Source: an uncultured Gammaproteobacteria bacterium (GTDB lineage: Bacteria; Patescibacteriota; Microgenomatia; UBA8517; JACQJR01). Taken from it: a DNA stretch of 55,798 nucleotides. The DNA is taken from contig CAYTZB010000007.1 in the NCBI GenBank assembly GCA_964442455.1, positions 1-55,798 of the forward strand. The letters run 5' to 3'. The notes below the pieces were generated by a model. It saw nothing but the letters and a program-made list of their open reading frames with translations. It was not told the origin of the DNA and made no database searches. How positions within the stretch are numbered: position 1 is the stretch's first letter; each line of letters starts with the position of its first letter. Shown here piece after piece: positions 41,540-49,263 of the stretch. The translations under genes were made by a program, and so were the position numbers.

Positions 41540-43326
41540 ATTTTAATTCTCCTTAGATTTTCCAAAATTTCTTTTTCTAATTTTTCGGATTCTACAAAAT
41601 ATTGTTTTAAATCTTTTTCTAATTTTTCTTTTTTCTCCTTAAAGGGGATGCCATCGTCTTCTTCTTCAGCAACTCCAACATACATACCCGGGTTAAGACG
41701 ATATCCATTTTTTACAATTTCCTCAAGAGTCACTACTTTGCAAAAGCCAGCTACAGCTTTATAATCCTGCGCTCCTGACTCACCCCGGTAAGCCCTTACG
41801 GTTCCGGCTATTTTTTGGATATGCTCGTCGTTGAAGACTACTTGCTTTCTTGAGATTGCCTCAAAAATTTCCCGCGCATCAATAAAAAGTGTTTTTCTGG
41901 TTCTATCATTAAACCGTCCGTTCTTTTTGTTCTTAGTTAAAAACCAAAGGGATACGGGAAGCGAGACATTGAAAAAGAGTTTGGGTGGGCAAGCGATTAT
42001 TACATCAACTAGATCATCTTCTATAATCTTCCTTCTAATTTCTCCTTCTCTGCCGCCAACGGCTAAAGCGCCGTTTGCCATAACAAATCCGGCTATACCG
42101 TTTGGTGCTAAATGGTGTAAAAAGTGTTGAATCCACATAAAGTTGGCATTTCCGGATGGGGGAGTTCCGTATTTGATCCGGGGATCTTTATCGCTTAGGC
42201 GCCCCGGTTCCCATTCGGCATTAAAGGGAGGATTTGCTAGGACAAAATCTGCCCTAAGATCGGGGAATTTATCATCATAATAGGAATTTCCAAGCTCAAT
42301 TTGTCCAAAAATGCCGCGGATTGCCAGATTCATTTTGCAAAGGCGAAGGGTTGTTGGGTTTGACTCCTGTCCGAAAAATGAGATTTTTGATGGGTCTTTT
42401 TTGTGCATCTTTAAAAATTCTCGAGATTGAACAAGCATACCTCCGCTGCCTATGGCGGGGTCAAATATCCGGGCATTTTCAAAAGGTTCAAGGATTTCTA
42501 CAAGTAACCGAACAATTGATCTTGGAGTAAAGAACTCCCCGCCGCGCTTACCTTCTGCGGAAGCAAATTGGCCCAAAAAGTACTCATAAACCCTTCCTAA
42601 GATATCCTTTTCGTAAGTTATATCATCATCAAACTTAAGTTTTGAGAAGATATTAACCAGTTCTCCCAGAGTTTGGGGTTCAAGTTGTGTTCTTGTATAA
42701 ATTTTTGAGAGGACTCCTTTAAGCTGTTTAGGGTTTTCATTTTCAATTGCATCCATTGCCTCATCAAGATAACGGCCGATATCCTGATGGAATGCGTGTT
42801 GCTTGAGGTATTCCCATCTGGCGTTTTCCGGAATATAGAAAACTCCGATACTTTGGTATTGGTCTTTATCATCAATAATTAGCTTGCGGTCTTTTTCATT
42901 GGGAAGATAATATTCTTTGTTTTTGGAATCACTTACCCATTCTTCAATTTGATGCCTCCTTTGGTAAAAAAGGTCAGATACATATTTAAGAAACAAGAGG
43001 CCTAAAACAACGTGTTTGTATTCAGAAACATCTATATTCCCCCGGAGTCTGTCTGCTGCTGCCCAGAGTTCTTTTGCAAAATGGAGGTCTCCATTATAGC
43101 TACGCTTAGGCTCTATAGCTCTTTCTATCGCTTCCTGTTGAGATTCTGTAATTCTGTTTTTAATTTCAAGGGGAAGAGTACTAAATTTTACAAGATATTT
43201 TTTTCCTTCAGTTCTTACTTCAATTTCTCCGGAGTTTATTTTTCCTTGAAGTTGTTTTAATGTTGCTTGGCGGGAAATACCAAGCATTCTTGCCAAATCG
43301 GTAATAGAAATAAAATCTTTATCCAT
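41536..43326 (-). CDS. hsdM: type I restriction enzyme M subunit (N6-adenine methyltransferase) with N-terminal HTH extension
   Basis: HsdM_N-like LWAAADRLRG...VVLGLLFLKYVSD, motif I DPAIGSGGM, motif IV NPPF; the first 85 aa or so carry ISITDLARMLGISRQATLKQL (HTH-like). Confidence 0.93.
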   Translation of the reverse strand: MDKDFISITDLARMLGISRQATLKQLQGKINSGEIEVRTEGKKYLVKFSTLPLEIKNRITESQQEAIERAIEPKRSYNGDLHFAKELWAAADRLRGNIDVSEYKHVVLGLLFLKYVSDLFYQRRHQIEEWVSDSKNKEYYLPNEKDRKLIIDDKDQYQSIGVFYIPENARWEYLKQHAFHQDIGRYLDEAMDAIENENPKQLKGVLSKIYTRTQLEPQTLGELVNIFSKLKFDDDITYEKDILGRVYEYFLGQFASAEGKRGGEFFTPRSIVRLLVEILEPFENARIFDPAIGSGGMLVQSREFLKMHKKDPSKISFFGQESNPTTLRLCKMNLAIRGIFGQIELGNSYYDDKFPDLRADFVLANPPFNAEWEPGRLSDKDPRIKYGTPPSGNANFMWIQHFLHHLAPNGIAGFVMANGALAVGGREGEIRRKIIEDDLVDVIIACPPKLFFNVSLPVSLWFLTKNKKNGRFNDRTRKTLFIDAREIFEAISRKQVVFNDEHIQKIAGTVRAYRGESGAQDYKAVAGFCKVVTLEEIVKNGYRLNPGMYVGVAEEEDDGIPFKEKKEKLEKDLKQYFVESEKLEKEILENLRRIKI

Positions 43327-43335
43327 TTGAACTGT

Positions 43336-43364
43336 ATTATAGCAGAAGGTAACAGAATTGTCAA
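43336..43364 (-). promoter_or_regulatory. consensus sigma70 promoter of the hsd operon (leaderless hsdM)
   Basis: Minus strand TTGACA (43364-43359), 17-nt spacer, TATAAT (43341-43336); only 9 nt (ACAGTTCAA, no SD) lie between the -10 and the ATG at 43326. Confidence 0.7.
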
Positions 43365-43370
43365 GGAGTA

Positions 43371-43400
43371 GTCGACAACTTTTGTTGTCATGTTGACAAC
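43371..43400. promoter_or_regulatory. operator-like repeat cluster (GTCGACAAC / GTTGTCA / GTTGACAAC)
   Basis: Three copies of a TTGACAAC-like half-site just upstream of the -35, which itself reads TTGACAAT; GTTGTCGAAC recurs at 43564-43573. Confidence 0.45.
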
Positions 43401-43575
43401 TATTTGGGAATGAGATGGTCCACTTTTGTATCTACTTCATAATATCCTCTAGGTGATGGCGTCTTTCTCAAGCTTCGCTTGCTGTGCCTAATTTTACAGA
43501 CAAAATGCTTGCTTAACAATAGTTAAAGGAAGATAAATCTGGTAAACTATTCACTTGTGGTGAGGTTGTCGAACC

Positions 43576-44691
43576 ATGGATATTCAGCAACGGATTCAAG
43601 ATTTAGAAAAAGAAATACGAGAGACTCCCTATCACAAGGGAACTGAGCATCATATTGGACTACTGCGGGCGCGGATTGCGAGGCTAAAAGATGAGTTAGT
43701 TGAACAGCAGATTAAAAGACGTGGAGGCCGCCGGTCCGCAGGGACCTCTGGCCCGGAGGGAGGCTTTTATGCAATCAAAAAAGCTGGAGACGCAACAGTC
43801 GTTCTTGTTGGCCCTCCCTCAGTTGGCAAATCAACACTACTTAATGCATTGACTAATGCTCGCTCTCCTGTTGCGCCGTACATGTTTACCACTGTTACCG
43901 TTATTCCCGGCATGATGGATTATCAAGGAGCGCACATTCAAATATTGGATGTACCGGGGCTCATTGAGGGTGCAAGCCATGGTAAAGGACGAGGCAAGGA
44001 AGTGCTGTCAGTGGTACGGGGTGCTGATTTAATTATTTTTGTGACTGAAGTTGGTAAAGAGGATGCCTTTGAGGAAATGGAAGCTGAATTATATCAAGCA
44101 GGTGTCAGAATTAATATTAAACCTCCACAGGTCCGGATTGACAAGAAAGTGAGTGGTGGTCTAGTGGTACGAACACTTGTAAAACAAACGCTCGGCGTTG
44201 ACACCATAAAAGATGTTGCACAAGAATTTAAGCTCAAGAATGCGGAAGTTACCATTAAGGAGCAGCTAAAGCTTGAGAGACTTATCGATGCGTTTGCTGC
44301 AAATCGCGTGTATGTTGACGCGCTTTATGTAGTGAATAAGGTGGACTTGTCCACCTCGAAGGTGGAAAGGAGGCTACACCTTCGAGGTGCAGCTTTAAGT
44401 GTTAGCGCTAGAGATGGTGACGGAATTGAGGAATTAAAACAAGCTATTTGGGATAAACTTGGTTTCGTTCGCGTCTATCTTGCAAAGCCCCCTGCAAAAC
44501 CGGATTTTCACTCTCCACTCATTATGCGTCCGGGAGGAACGCTCGAGGATGTTGCAGCGAAAGTTGGGATGGAATTTGCTACTCGTGTCAAAGGTGCTAG
44601 AATTTCAGGCCCCGGAAGCAAATTCCCTCTTCAGGAAGTACAGCTTGGGACATCAGTTGTTGACGAGATGGAAGTTACGTTTGAGACGTGA
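43576..44691 (+). CDS. OBG-family GTPase of the DRG/Rbg type with C-terminal TGS domain
   Basis: N-terminal helical region (ETPYHKGTEHHIG), G1 GPPSVGKS, G3 DVPG, G4 NKVD, TGS-like C-terminus; carries an in-frame REP-like insert after G4. Confidence 0.88.
   Translation: MDIQQRIQDLEKEIRETPYHKGTEHHIGLLRARIARLKDELVEQQIKRRGGRRSAGTSGPEGGFYAIKKAGDATVVLVGPPSVGKSTLLNALTNARSPVAPYMFTTVTVIPGMMDYQGAHIQILDVPGLIEGASHGKGRGKEVLSVVRGADLIIFVTEVGKEDAFEEMEAELYQAGVRINIKPPQVRIDKKVSGGLVVRTLVKQTLGVDTIKDVAQEFKLKNAEVTIKEQLKLERLIDAFAANRVYVDALYVVNKVDLSTSKVERRLHLRGAALSVSARDGDGIEELKQAIWDKLGFVRVYLAKPPAKPDFHSPLIMRPGGTLEDVAAKVGMEFATRVKGARISGPGSKFPLQEVQLGTSVVDEMEVTFET
44351..44389. repeat. REP-like double palindrome inside the GTPase CDS
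   Basis: CCACCTCGAAGGTGG (44351-44365) and CACCTTCGAGGTG (44377-44389); translated in frame as ...STSKVERRLHLRGA... Confidence 0.8.
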
Positions 44692-45325
44692 ATTGTTTCA
44701 CTGGTAACGTTGCAGCAACAAGTAGTGCTACTCCCCCGCCCAGAAGTGCTCCTCCCACGACATCGGTTGCCCAATGTTCACCCAAATATACCCTGCTTAC
44801 CAGCATTGCAAAAAGAAAAAGTACAACTGCTCCCTGGGCTAAAACTCTCCCGATACCCCCTAACTTATATGCAAACAAAAGAAACAAGAATACAACAAGA
44901 AACGTTGTTCTCATTGAATGCCCTGAAGGATATGAATAGTCAGTTTGAACAAAATGCGAAGGGAACGTTATTATTTTTACACCGCGATAAAACATAAATG
45001 GCGGACTTGGGTGAAAAAGTAAAAGTTTGCCAAAAATCTCAACGATTTGTGCTCCTACAAGAAGGAACAAACCACCGACTGTCAGCCATAATTTCCGAAA
45101 AGTTGCCCAAAGGAGGAGCCCAAGCCAAATAAGACCTGTTATTTCAGCAGAGCCCAAAAGTGACAAGAGTGTAAATGGTGCATCCCACTGCCGGGAGATA
45201 TGATTCTGAATTTTGACTGTTATATCAAAATCAAATTGAGTAAAAAGTTCTTGACTCACCAGGTACGAGAAGAAGAGGAATAAAGTACCGAGAATAATTG
45301 AGAAAGAGAAAAAAACGCGAGGCAT
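44675..45325 (-). CDS. PAP2 family phosphatase (membrane)
   Basis: PSGH and SRVYLGEHWATDV acid-phosphatase motifs; polytopic. Confidence 0.8.
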   Translation of the reverse strand: MPRVFFSFSIILGTLFLFFSYLVSQELFTQFDFDITVKIQNHISRQWDAPFTLLSLLGSAEITGLIWLGLLLWATFRKLWLTVGGLFLLVGAQIVEIFGKLLLFHPSPPFMFYRGVKIITFPSHFVQTDYSYPSGHSMRTTFLVVFLFLLFAYKLGGIGRVLAQGAVVLFLFAMLVSRVYLGEHWATDVVGGALLGGGVALLVAATLPVKQFTSQT

Positions 45326-45363
45326 TAGTCTAATTGTAACATTATCTAAGATAGTTCTGGCAA

Positions 45364-46245
45364 CTACAATCCGTAGCTGGTAAGCGGGGCGTTACCTATA
45401 CGGTTGCGGTGAATGCTCATAATGAACGAGTCACATTGGGTAAACCCGGGAATTGTTGAAAGTGCGGCTGTAAAACCGTGAGATTTTAAAAATTCCACGA
45501 CAAAGCTATTTTCTGAGCCATACGGATAGGCAAAAATACTTACTCGCTTGCCTAATTGTTCCTCAAGCTGGTGTTGTGCGGTTATCACTTCAAATTCAAT
45601 CTTCTCTGGTGAGGCTTTACCAAGGGAAGCATGAGACCATGTATGGTTGTAAATAAACGCAAGACCGCTTCCTGCCATTTCCTTTAGTTGTCCCCAACCC
45701 AGATATCCGGGATTTCCCATGAGCCCTGTTGGGATCATAAGATTCACCAAGGCGCGATATTTTTGAATAATTGGGTAAGCATAAGTGTAGATATCTTGGT
45801 ACCCATCATCCATAGTTATCACTATACTTTTGGGCGGTAAACTTTGGTGATTGAGGAGTGCTGAGGCGAGTTGCTCAACACTAATCGTTGTGTAGCCGCT
45901 AGACGTAAGGTACGCCATATGGTTTTCAAAATACTCGGGCGTTACGGTGAGGTTGGTTTCTCCTTTTTGCTGAGCAAGATCTGTTGGTTGAATGTGGTGG
46001 TAAAGGAGAAGGGGGACACGCAGACAAAATCCTGACTCTTGAGCGGTTGTTGCACCAAGAATGGGTTTTGAGGAAGATTTGGACTGGAGTTTTGGGGAAG
46101 GGCTAGGAGAAGCGGATGGGGATGGGAGCGGGCCCTCTTTCTCCGAATAGGTTTGTGTGGCAGGCATGCTCTTGGGTTGTAACGCCGCGACTAAAAATAC
46201 GATAATAATTGCACTTATTATTGGTGTGAGCTTTAGTATTTTCAT
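45364..46245 (-). CDS. polysaccharide deacetylase (NodB homology domain), exported
   Basis: ITMDDGY and HTWSH motifs; N-terminal TM and SP-rich linker. Confidence 0.8.
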   Translation of the reverse strand: MKILKLTPIISAIIIVFLVAALQPKSMPATQTYSEKEGPLPSPSASPSPSPKLQSKSSSKPILGATTAQESGFCLRVPLLLYHHIQPTDLAQQKGETNLTVTPEYFENHMAYLTSSGYTTISVEQLASALLNHQSLPPKSIVITMDDGYQDIYTYAYPIIQKYRALVNLMIPTGLMGNPGYLGWGQLKEMAGSGLAFIYNHTWSHASLGKASPEKIEFEVITAQHQLEEQLGKRVSIFAYPYGSENSFVVEFLKSHGFTAALSTIPGFTQCDSFIMSIHRNRIGNAPLTSYGL

Positions 46246-46357
46246 TATTTTGGGTGATTATAGCAGAGCCTTGCCCCTTTTACCAAAATACCTCTTGTGT
46301 CTATTTAATAAACACAATACTCTAGTATTATTGCTCAAAAAAAGGAGGTGATAAAGT

Positions 46358-46747
46358 ATGGTGCAAGGACTTGAAAGCGTAACACTTTTTAGCGAGAACG
46401 CCACACGGCTTGCCGAGTTCTACCGCGATAAGGTTGGGCTTGAAGTTGAGCTTGTAGGAGAAATGGGTGAAGATGGTGGTAATGATAAGGTTTATGAAGT
46501 GAAGTTAGGCGGAGGAAGCGGACTGTTTATTGTCGATCACTCGGAAGTAAAAGGCAACAATAAAGAGCCACAGCGAATTATCATTAACCTCGAGGTTGAT
46601 AAAATTGAGCCGGAGTTTGAGCGATTAAAGAAGGCAAACGTCAAAGTCGTGCAAGAGGTGTATCACCTACAAGAATATGGCTTGATTGCCACCTTTGAGG
46701 ACAGTGACGGTAACTATTTCCAACTGGTGCAGGTGAAAGCAAGTTAA
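46358..46747 (+). CDS. VOC (glyoxalase/bleomycin-resistance) family protein
   Basis: 129 aa, strong SD AAGGAGGTGA upstream; beta-alpha-beta-beta-beta-like repeat pattern; the family call is tentative. Confidence 0.6.
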   Translation: MVQGLESVTLFSENATRLAEFYRDKVGLEVELVGEMGEDGGNDKVYEVKLGGGSGLFIVDHSEVKGNNKEPQRIIINLEVDKIEPEFERLKKANVKVVQEVYHLQEYGLIATFEDSDGNYFQLVQVKAS

Positions 46748-47346
46748 GGAGATGTAGATAGAATTATGCTCACTGCCTTTCTAAATTCTGATGTGGTCAA
46801 AGTTTTGGCCTGAGGTAGTGTGGTTCCCAAGCGGTGAAAGAGGTCGGATAGTTTATTCTCCAAAATCTCTTGAGCCCTGTCTTTGTTTTGGGGAAAAGAG
46901 CGTTCTTCTTCGTTTTTTACACTGATGAGGGTTGGAATATGAACGACAACTGCTGCAGTACGGGTATGTTGCATGTGTTGTCCTCCCGGGGCGCTTGCGG
47001 TTGTTGAGGTTATTTCCAAATCGTTTTCTTCCACTACCGGTCTGTTTGTTTCAAATGAACGCTCTACCCAGCGCTCAAACCTCTCCCTTAATTCTTCTCC
47101 TCCTTCCCCCTCAATGGCAGCTACCAAACTTTTCAAATCATGTCGTATCGCGCGGATATTCTGCGCTCGTCTTCTCTCTTGAGCATATAGGACCGTTTGT
47201 TCGTGGATAGCACGGTAGGTTTCTTTCCCGTGCTGAACCCCCTTTTTCTTACTGCCTTTTCCTTCTCGATCTCGCAAACCTTCCTCAAGATGCCCATACT
47301 TTTCTTCGTACTTTTCTTTTTCTCTCGATGACATGTTGCGAGTCAT
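46744..47346 (-). CDS. GGQ-domain (class I release-factor-like / peptidyl-tRNA hydrolase domain) protein, 200 aa
   Basis: DLEITSTTASAPGGQHMQHTRTAAVVVHIPTLISVKNEEERSFPQNKDRA aligns by eye with the RF1/RF2 GGQ domain; no PxT/SPF decoding domain; ATG at 47346 is 2 nt after the tRNA-His CCA. Confidence 0.75.
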   Translation of the reverse strand: MTRNMSSREKEKYEEKYGHLEEGLRDREGKGSKKKGVQHGKETYRAIHEQTVLYAQERRRAQNIRAIRHDLKSLVAAIEGEGGEELRERFERWVERSFETNRPVVEENDLEITSTTASAPGGQHMQHTRTAAVVVHIPTLISVKNEEERSFPQNKDRAQEILENKLSDLFHRLGTTLPQAKTLTTSEFRKAVSIILSTSP

Positions 47347-47348
47347 TT

Positions 47349-47425
47349 TGGGGTGGCTGACGGGATTCGAACCCGCAGCCTCAAGCTCCACAAGCTCGCG
47401 CTCTAACCGTTGAGCTACAGCCACC
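47349..47425 (-). tRNA. tRNA-His(GTG) with encoded G-1 and CCA
   Basis: Hand-folded: G-1 + GTGGCTG/CAGCCAC acceptor, discriminator C, loop TTGTGGA, GCGGG/CCCGT T stem, 3' CCA encoded. Confidence 0.9.
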
Positions 47426-47482
47426 ATTTATGCTGTTAAGTATATCACAAAATCTAGGCGAATACATAGAAATATAACTATC

Positions 47483-47511
47483 TTGACATTCTCATTCCTG
47501 CGGTCTATATT
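47483..47511 (+). promoter_or_regulatory. sigma70-like promoter for the 47533 gene
   Basis: TTGACA (47483-47488), 17-nt spacer, TATATT (47506-47511). Confidence 0.55.
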
Positions 47512-47532
47512 CACCTCATCTGCTCCGCTCTT

Positions 47533-48108
47533 ATGTATCAAAGCCCTGAAAGAAAAAGCGGTCCTTTTAATTCATCTCTTCAAAGAGCTTGCGATAATCT
47601 TTATTGGATTCCTCAATTAGATACTTCTATGAGACTGCAGAGAGAAGGGATAGTAGTTGAAACTACCTCCCTGCCCCCATCAACAACTTTTATTAGTGAA
47701 ACAGGTAGGTTTTACATACTGGAAGAATCTGTAAGAGAATTAGATGTTCCAGCTGAACACCCATTGATTGGTAAAACGCTAGAGCTCTTAAGAGAACTAA
47801 AACAGAGTCAGCTCCAAGAGATTATGGAAGATCCTGAAGGTAGAAATGTGAGATGGTGGCCAGGACAATTTTTCGGTTTACCACATTGGCAAAGTCAAAA
47901 CAGATACTATCGGTCTGCGTATTCTCCATTTGGTACTTCATGGAATTATGACTACCCTATAACAGTAAGAGTAAAAGCTGACGGCTTGTATTGCCTAACT
48001 CATCCCCAGAGACGCTTGTTTTTAGCGTGGGCTAGAACTGAGGATAGGGAAAAATTTTGGGAGTGTCCGGAAAGAGATTGCAGTTTTAGTGTTTATTCTG
48101 GAACATAG
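47533..48108 (+). CDS. hypothetical protein (191 aa)
   Basis: ATG-initiated ORF followed by an intrinsic terminator; no motif recognised. Confidence 0.6.
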   Translation: MYQSPERKSGPFNSSLQRACDNLYWIPQLDTSMRLQREGIVVETTSLPPSTTFISETGRFYILEESVRELDVPAEHPLIGKTLELLRELKQSQLQEIMEDPEGRNVRWWPGQFFGLPHWQSQNRYYRSAYSPFGTSWNYDYPITVRVKADGLYCLTHPQRRLFLAWARTEDREKFWECPERDCSFSVYSGT

Positions 48109-48161
48109 GGTTGAAAAAATCTTCTTTTTTTTGTATAATAAATCCAGGCTATAAACAAGAC

Positions 48162-48186
48162 TCAGGCATATGCGCCTGATTTTTTG
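48162..48186 (+). terminator. intrinsic terminator
   Basis: TCAGGC-ATATGC-GCCTGA hairpin followed by TTTTTT. Confidence 0.65.
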
Positions 48187-48193
48187 TATGTAC

Positions 48194-48285
48194 GCTTTCT
48201 GTATTGCACTTTAACAGTTGGGTTCGTGCTATTTTTGTAGGTGGCTCTTTCCGTATCTTGTCTAAGGTATAGAGGGAGCCACCTA
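48194..48285 (+). promoter_or_regulatory. conserved 5' non-coding module (GCTTTCTGT, TTGCACTTTAACA, 10-bp hairpin TAGGTGGCTC/GAGCCACCTA)
   Basis: Same ordered motifs as 17190-17304. Confidence 0.45.
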
Positions 48286-48329
48286 TAAAAGGTGAGTTTA
48301 ACAAGGCCTTATGGCCAAAGAGGAGCGCG

Positions 48330-48965
48330 ATGCGTCTTCAAAAGGGCACGGTAAAGTTTTTTTCGTCCCAAAGAGAATATGGGATTTTGATATCTGAAAT
48401 CGGGGAAGAAATTTTCTTCAGATACCGTGAAGGTCATTTCATCGTACCTGGAACAACCAAACCCCAGTTCTTGAATAGGAGAGTAATTGCGTGTAACGGC
48501 GGAACCGTACTTAGGTTACGATACCCCGTCAAGGAAGAGCAAATTGTGTTTGTCGCAAGAAAAGAGGAGAGGGGTAACAGAGCAGTTCGGTGGGGATACT
48601 ACTCACAGCATCTCCTCGCGCAGCCAAGAACGCAAGACACAGTCTACAGAGTGCGTGAAACTGTTCACAAGTTCCGTCAAGGACCACGACGGTCAAAAAT
48701 CTTGTGGGAAGGCTCAGATTTAATTGAGCTCACGCAACGGTTCCCTATAGCAAGGGGTGAACATCCAGCCATAGGAGATCGTCTATACCCATACCTCTTG
48801 TTCTTTGAAGGAAACGAGCTGTTTGAAGCGACTCGCTGGTGGGAGTTGAAAGATTCCTCGAATGGCCAGTGGATACGCGTCGATGACCCGCGCCTCCTTA
48901 TTGAGGCACTTCGGCAGTTCGAAAGGCCAAGAGTAAATGGAGCTCAAGCTCTACGAATAGCATAA
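48330..48965 (+). CDS. hypothetical protein with N-terminal cold-shock-like (CSD/OB) domain, 211 aa
   Basis: GTVKFFSSQREYGILISEIGEEIFF resembles the CspA GTVKWFN..KGFGFI...D.F.H pattern; the rest is unrecognised. Confidence 0.65.
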   Translation: MRLQKGTVKFFSSQREYGILISEIGEEIFFRYREGHFIVPGTTKPQFLNRRVIACNGGTVLRLRYPVKEEQIVFVARKEERGNRAVRWGYYSQHLLAQPRTQDTVYRVRETVHKFRQGPRRSKILWEGSDLIELTQRFPIARGEHPAIGDRLYPYLLFFEGNELFEATRWWELKDSSNGQWIRVDDPRLLIEALRQFERPRVNGAQALRIA

Positions 48966-48968
48966 CGC

Positions 48969-49038
48969 ACAACTGAATAGTGTAAAAGGGCACCTAAAGG
49001 TGATAGATATTATCTCCCCACGGTGCCCTTTTTCTTTT
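48969..49038 (+). terminator. conserved 3' module: ACAACTGAATAGTG + hairpin AAGGGCACC...GGTGCCCTT + T-run
   Basis: 9-bp stem 48986-48994 / 49022-49030 followed by TTTCTTTT; homologous to 18284-18412. Confidence 0.6.
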
Positions 49039-49046
49039 GTGGCCGG

Positions 49047-49244
49047 TTAAGCTTCTTCTGGTGCCTCCTCGTCCTTGTCGGGGGGATGGTGGCGTTCTTT
49101 TTCAGCGCGGTTTACGATGTCGGTAAAAGTTTCTCCCGGTTTGGGCTCCTCACCTGTGACATCCTCAACCATCTCTGAAACATCCTCGTCTGGATTGTCC
49201 TCCTCTTTTTCCTTATCGCTTGGGGTGTTGTCTTCGTCTTGCAT
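49047..49244 (-). CDS. hypothetical highly acidic small protein (about 65 aa)
   Basis: ATG at 49244 (TTG alternative at 49262); D/E-rich; low-complexity, so coding status is uncertain. Confidence 0.4.
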   Translation of the reverse strand: MQDEDNTPSDKEKEEDNPDEDVSEMVEDVTGEEPKPGETFTDIVNRAEKERHHPPDKDEEAPEEA

Positions 49245-49263
49245 GTAACCTAAGTATACCAAA

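Noticed and set aside
32753-43400. A classical integrase-borne genomic island bounded by a full tRNA att duplication
   Set aside because: The tRNA 3'-end duplicates lie only 101-116 nt from the tRNAs. No further copy of the tRNA-Lys or tRNA-Arg 3' end is visible near 43330-43575, and no integrase gene is present. The low-GC island is noted, but its boundaries are undefined.
47347-47427. N-terminal extensions in the ORF track: the GGQ protein from 47427, MBL from 30526, tig from 21624, recG from 4968, the malic enzyme from 50481 and pheS from 11932
   Set aside because: The extensions run through tRNA genes or the ends of neighbouring genes, or begin at non-ATG codons. Internal ATGs give N-termini that match family expectations.
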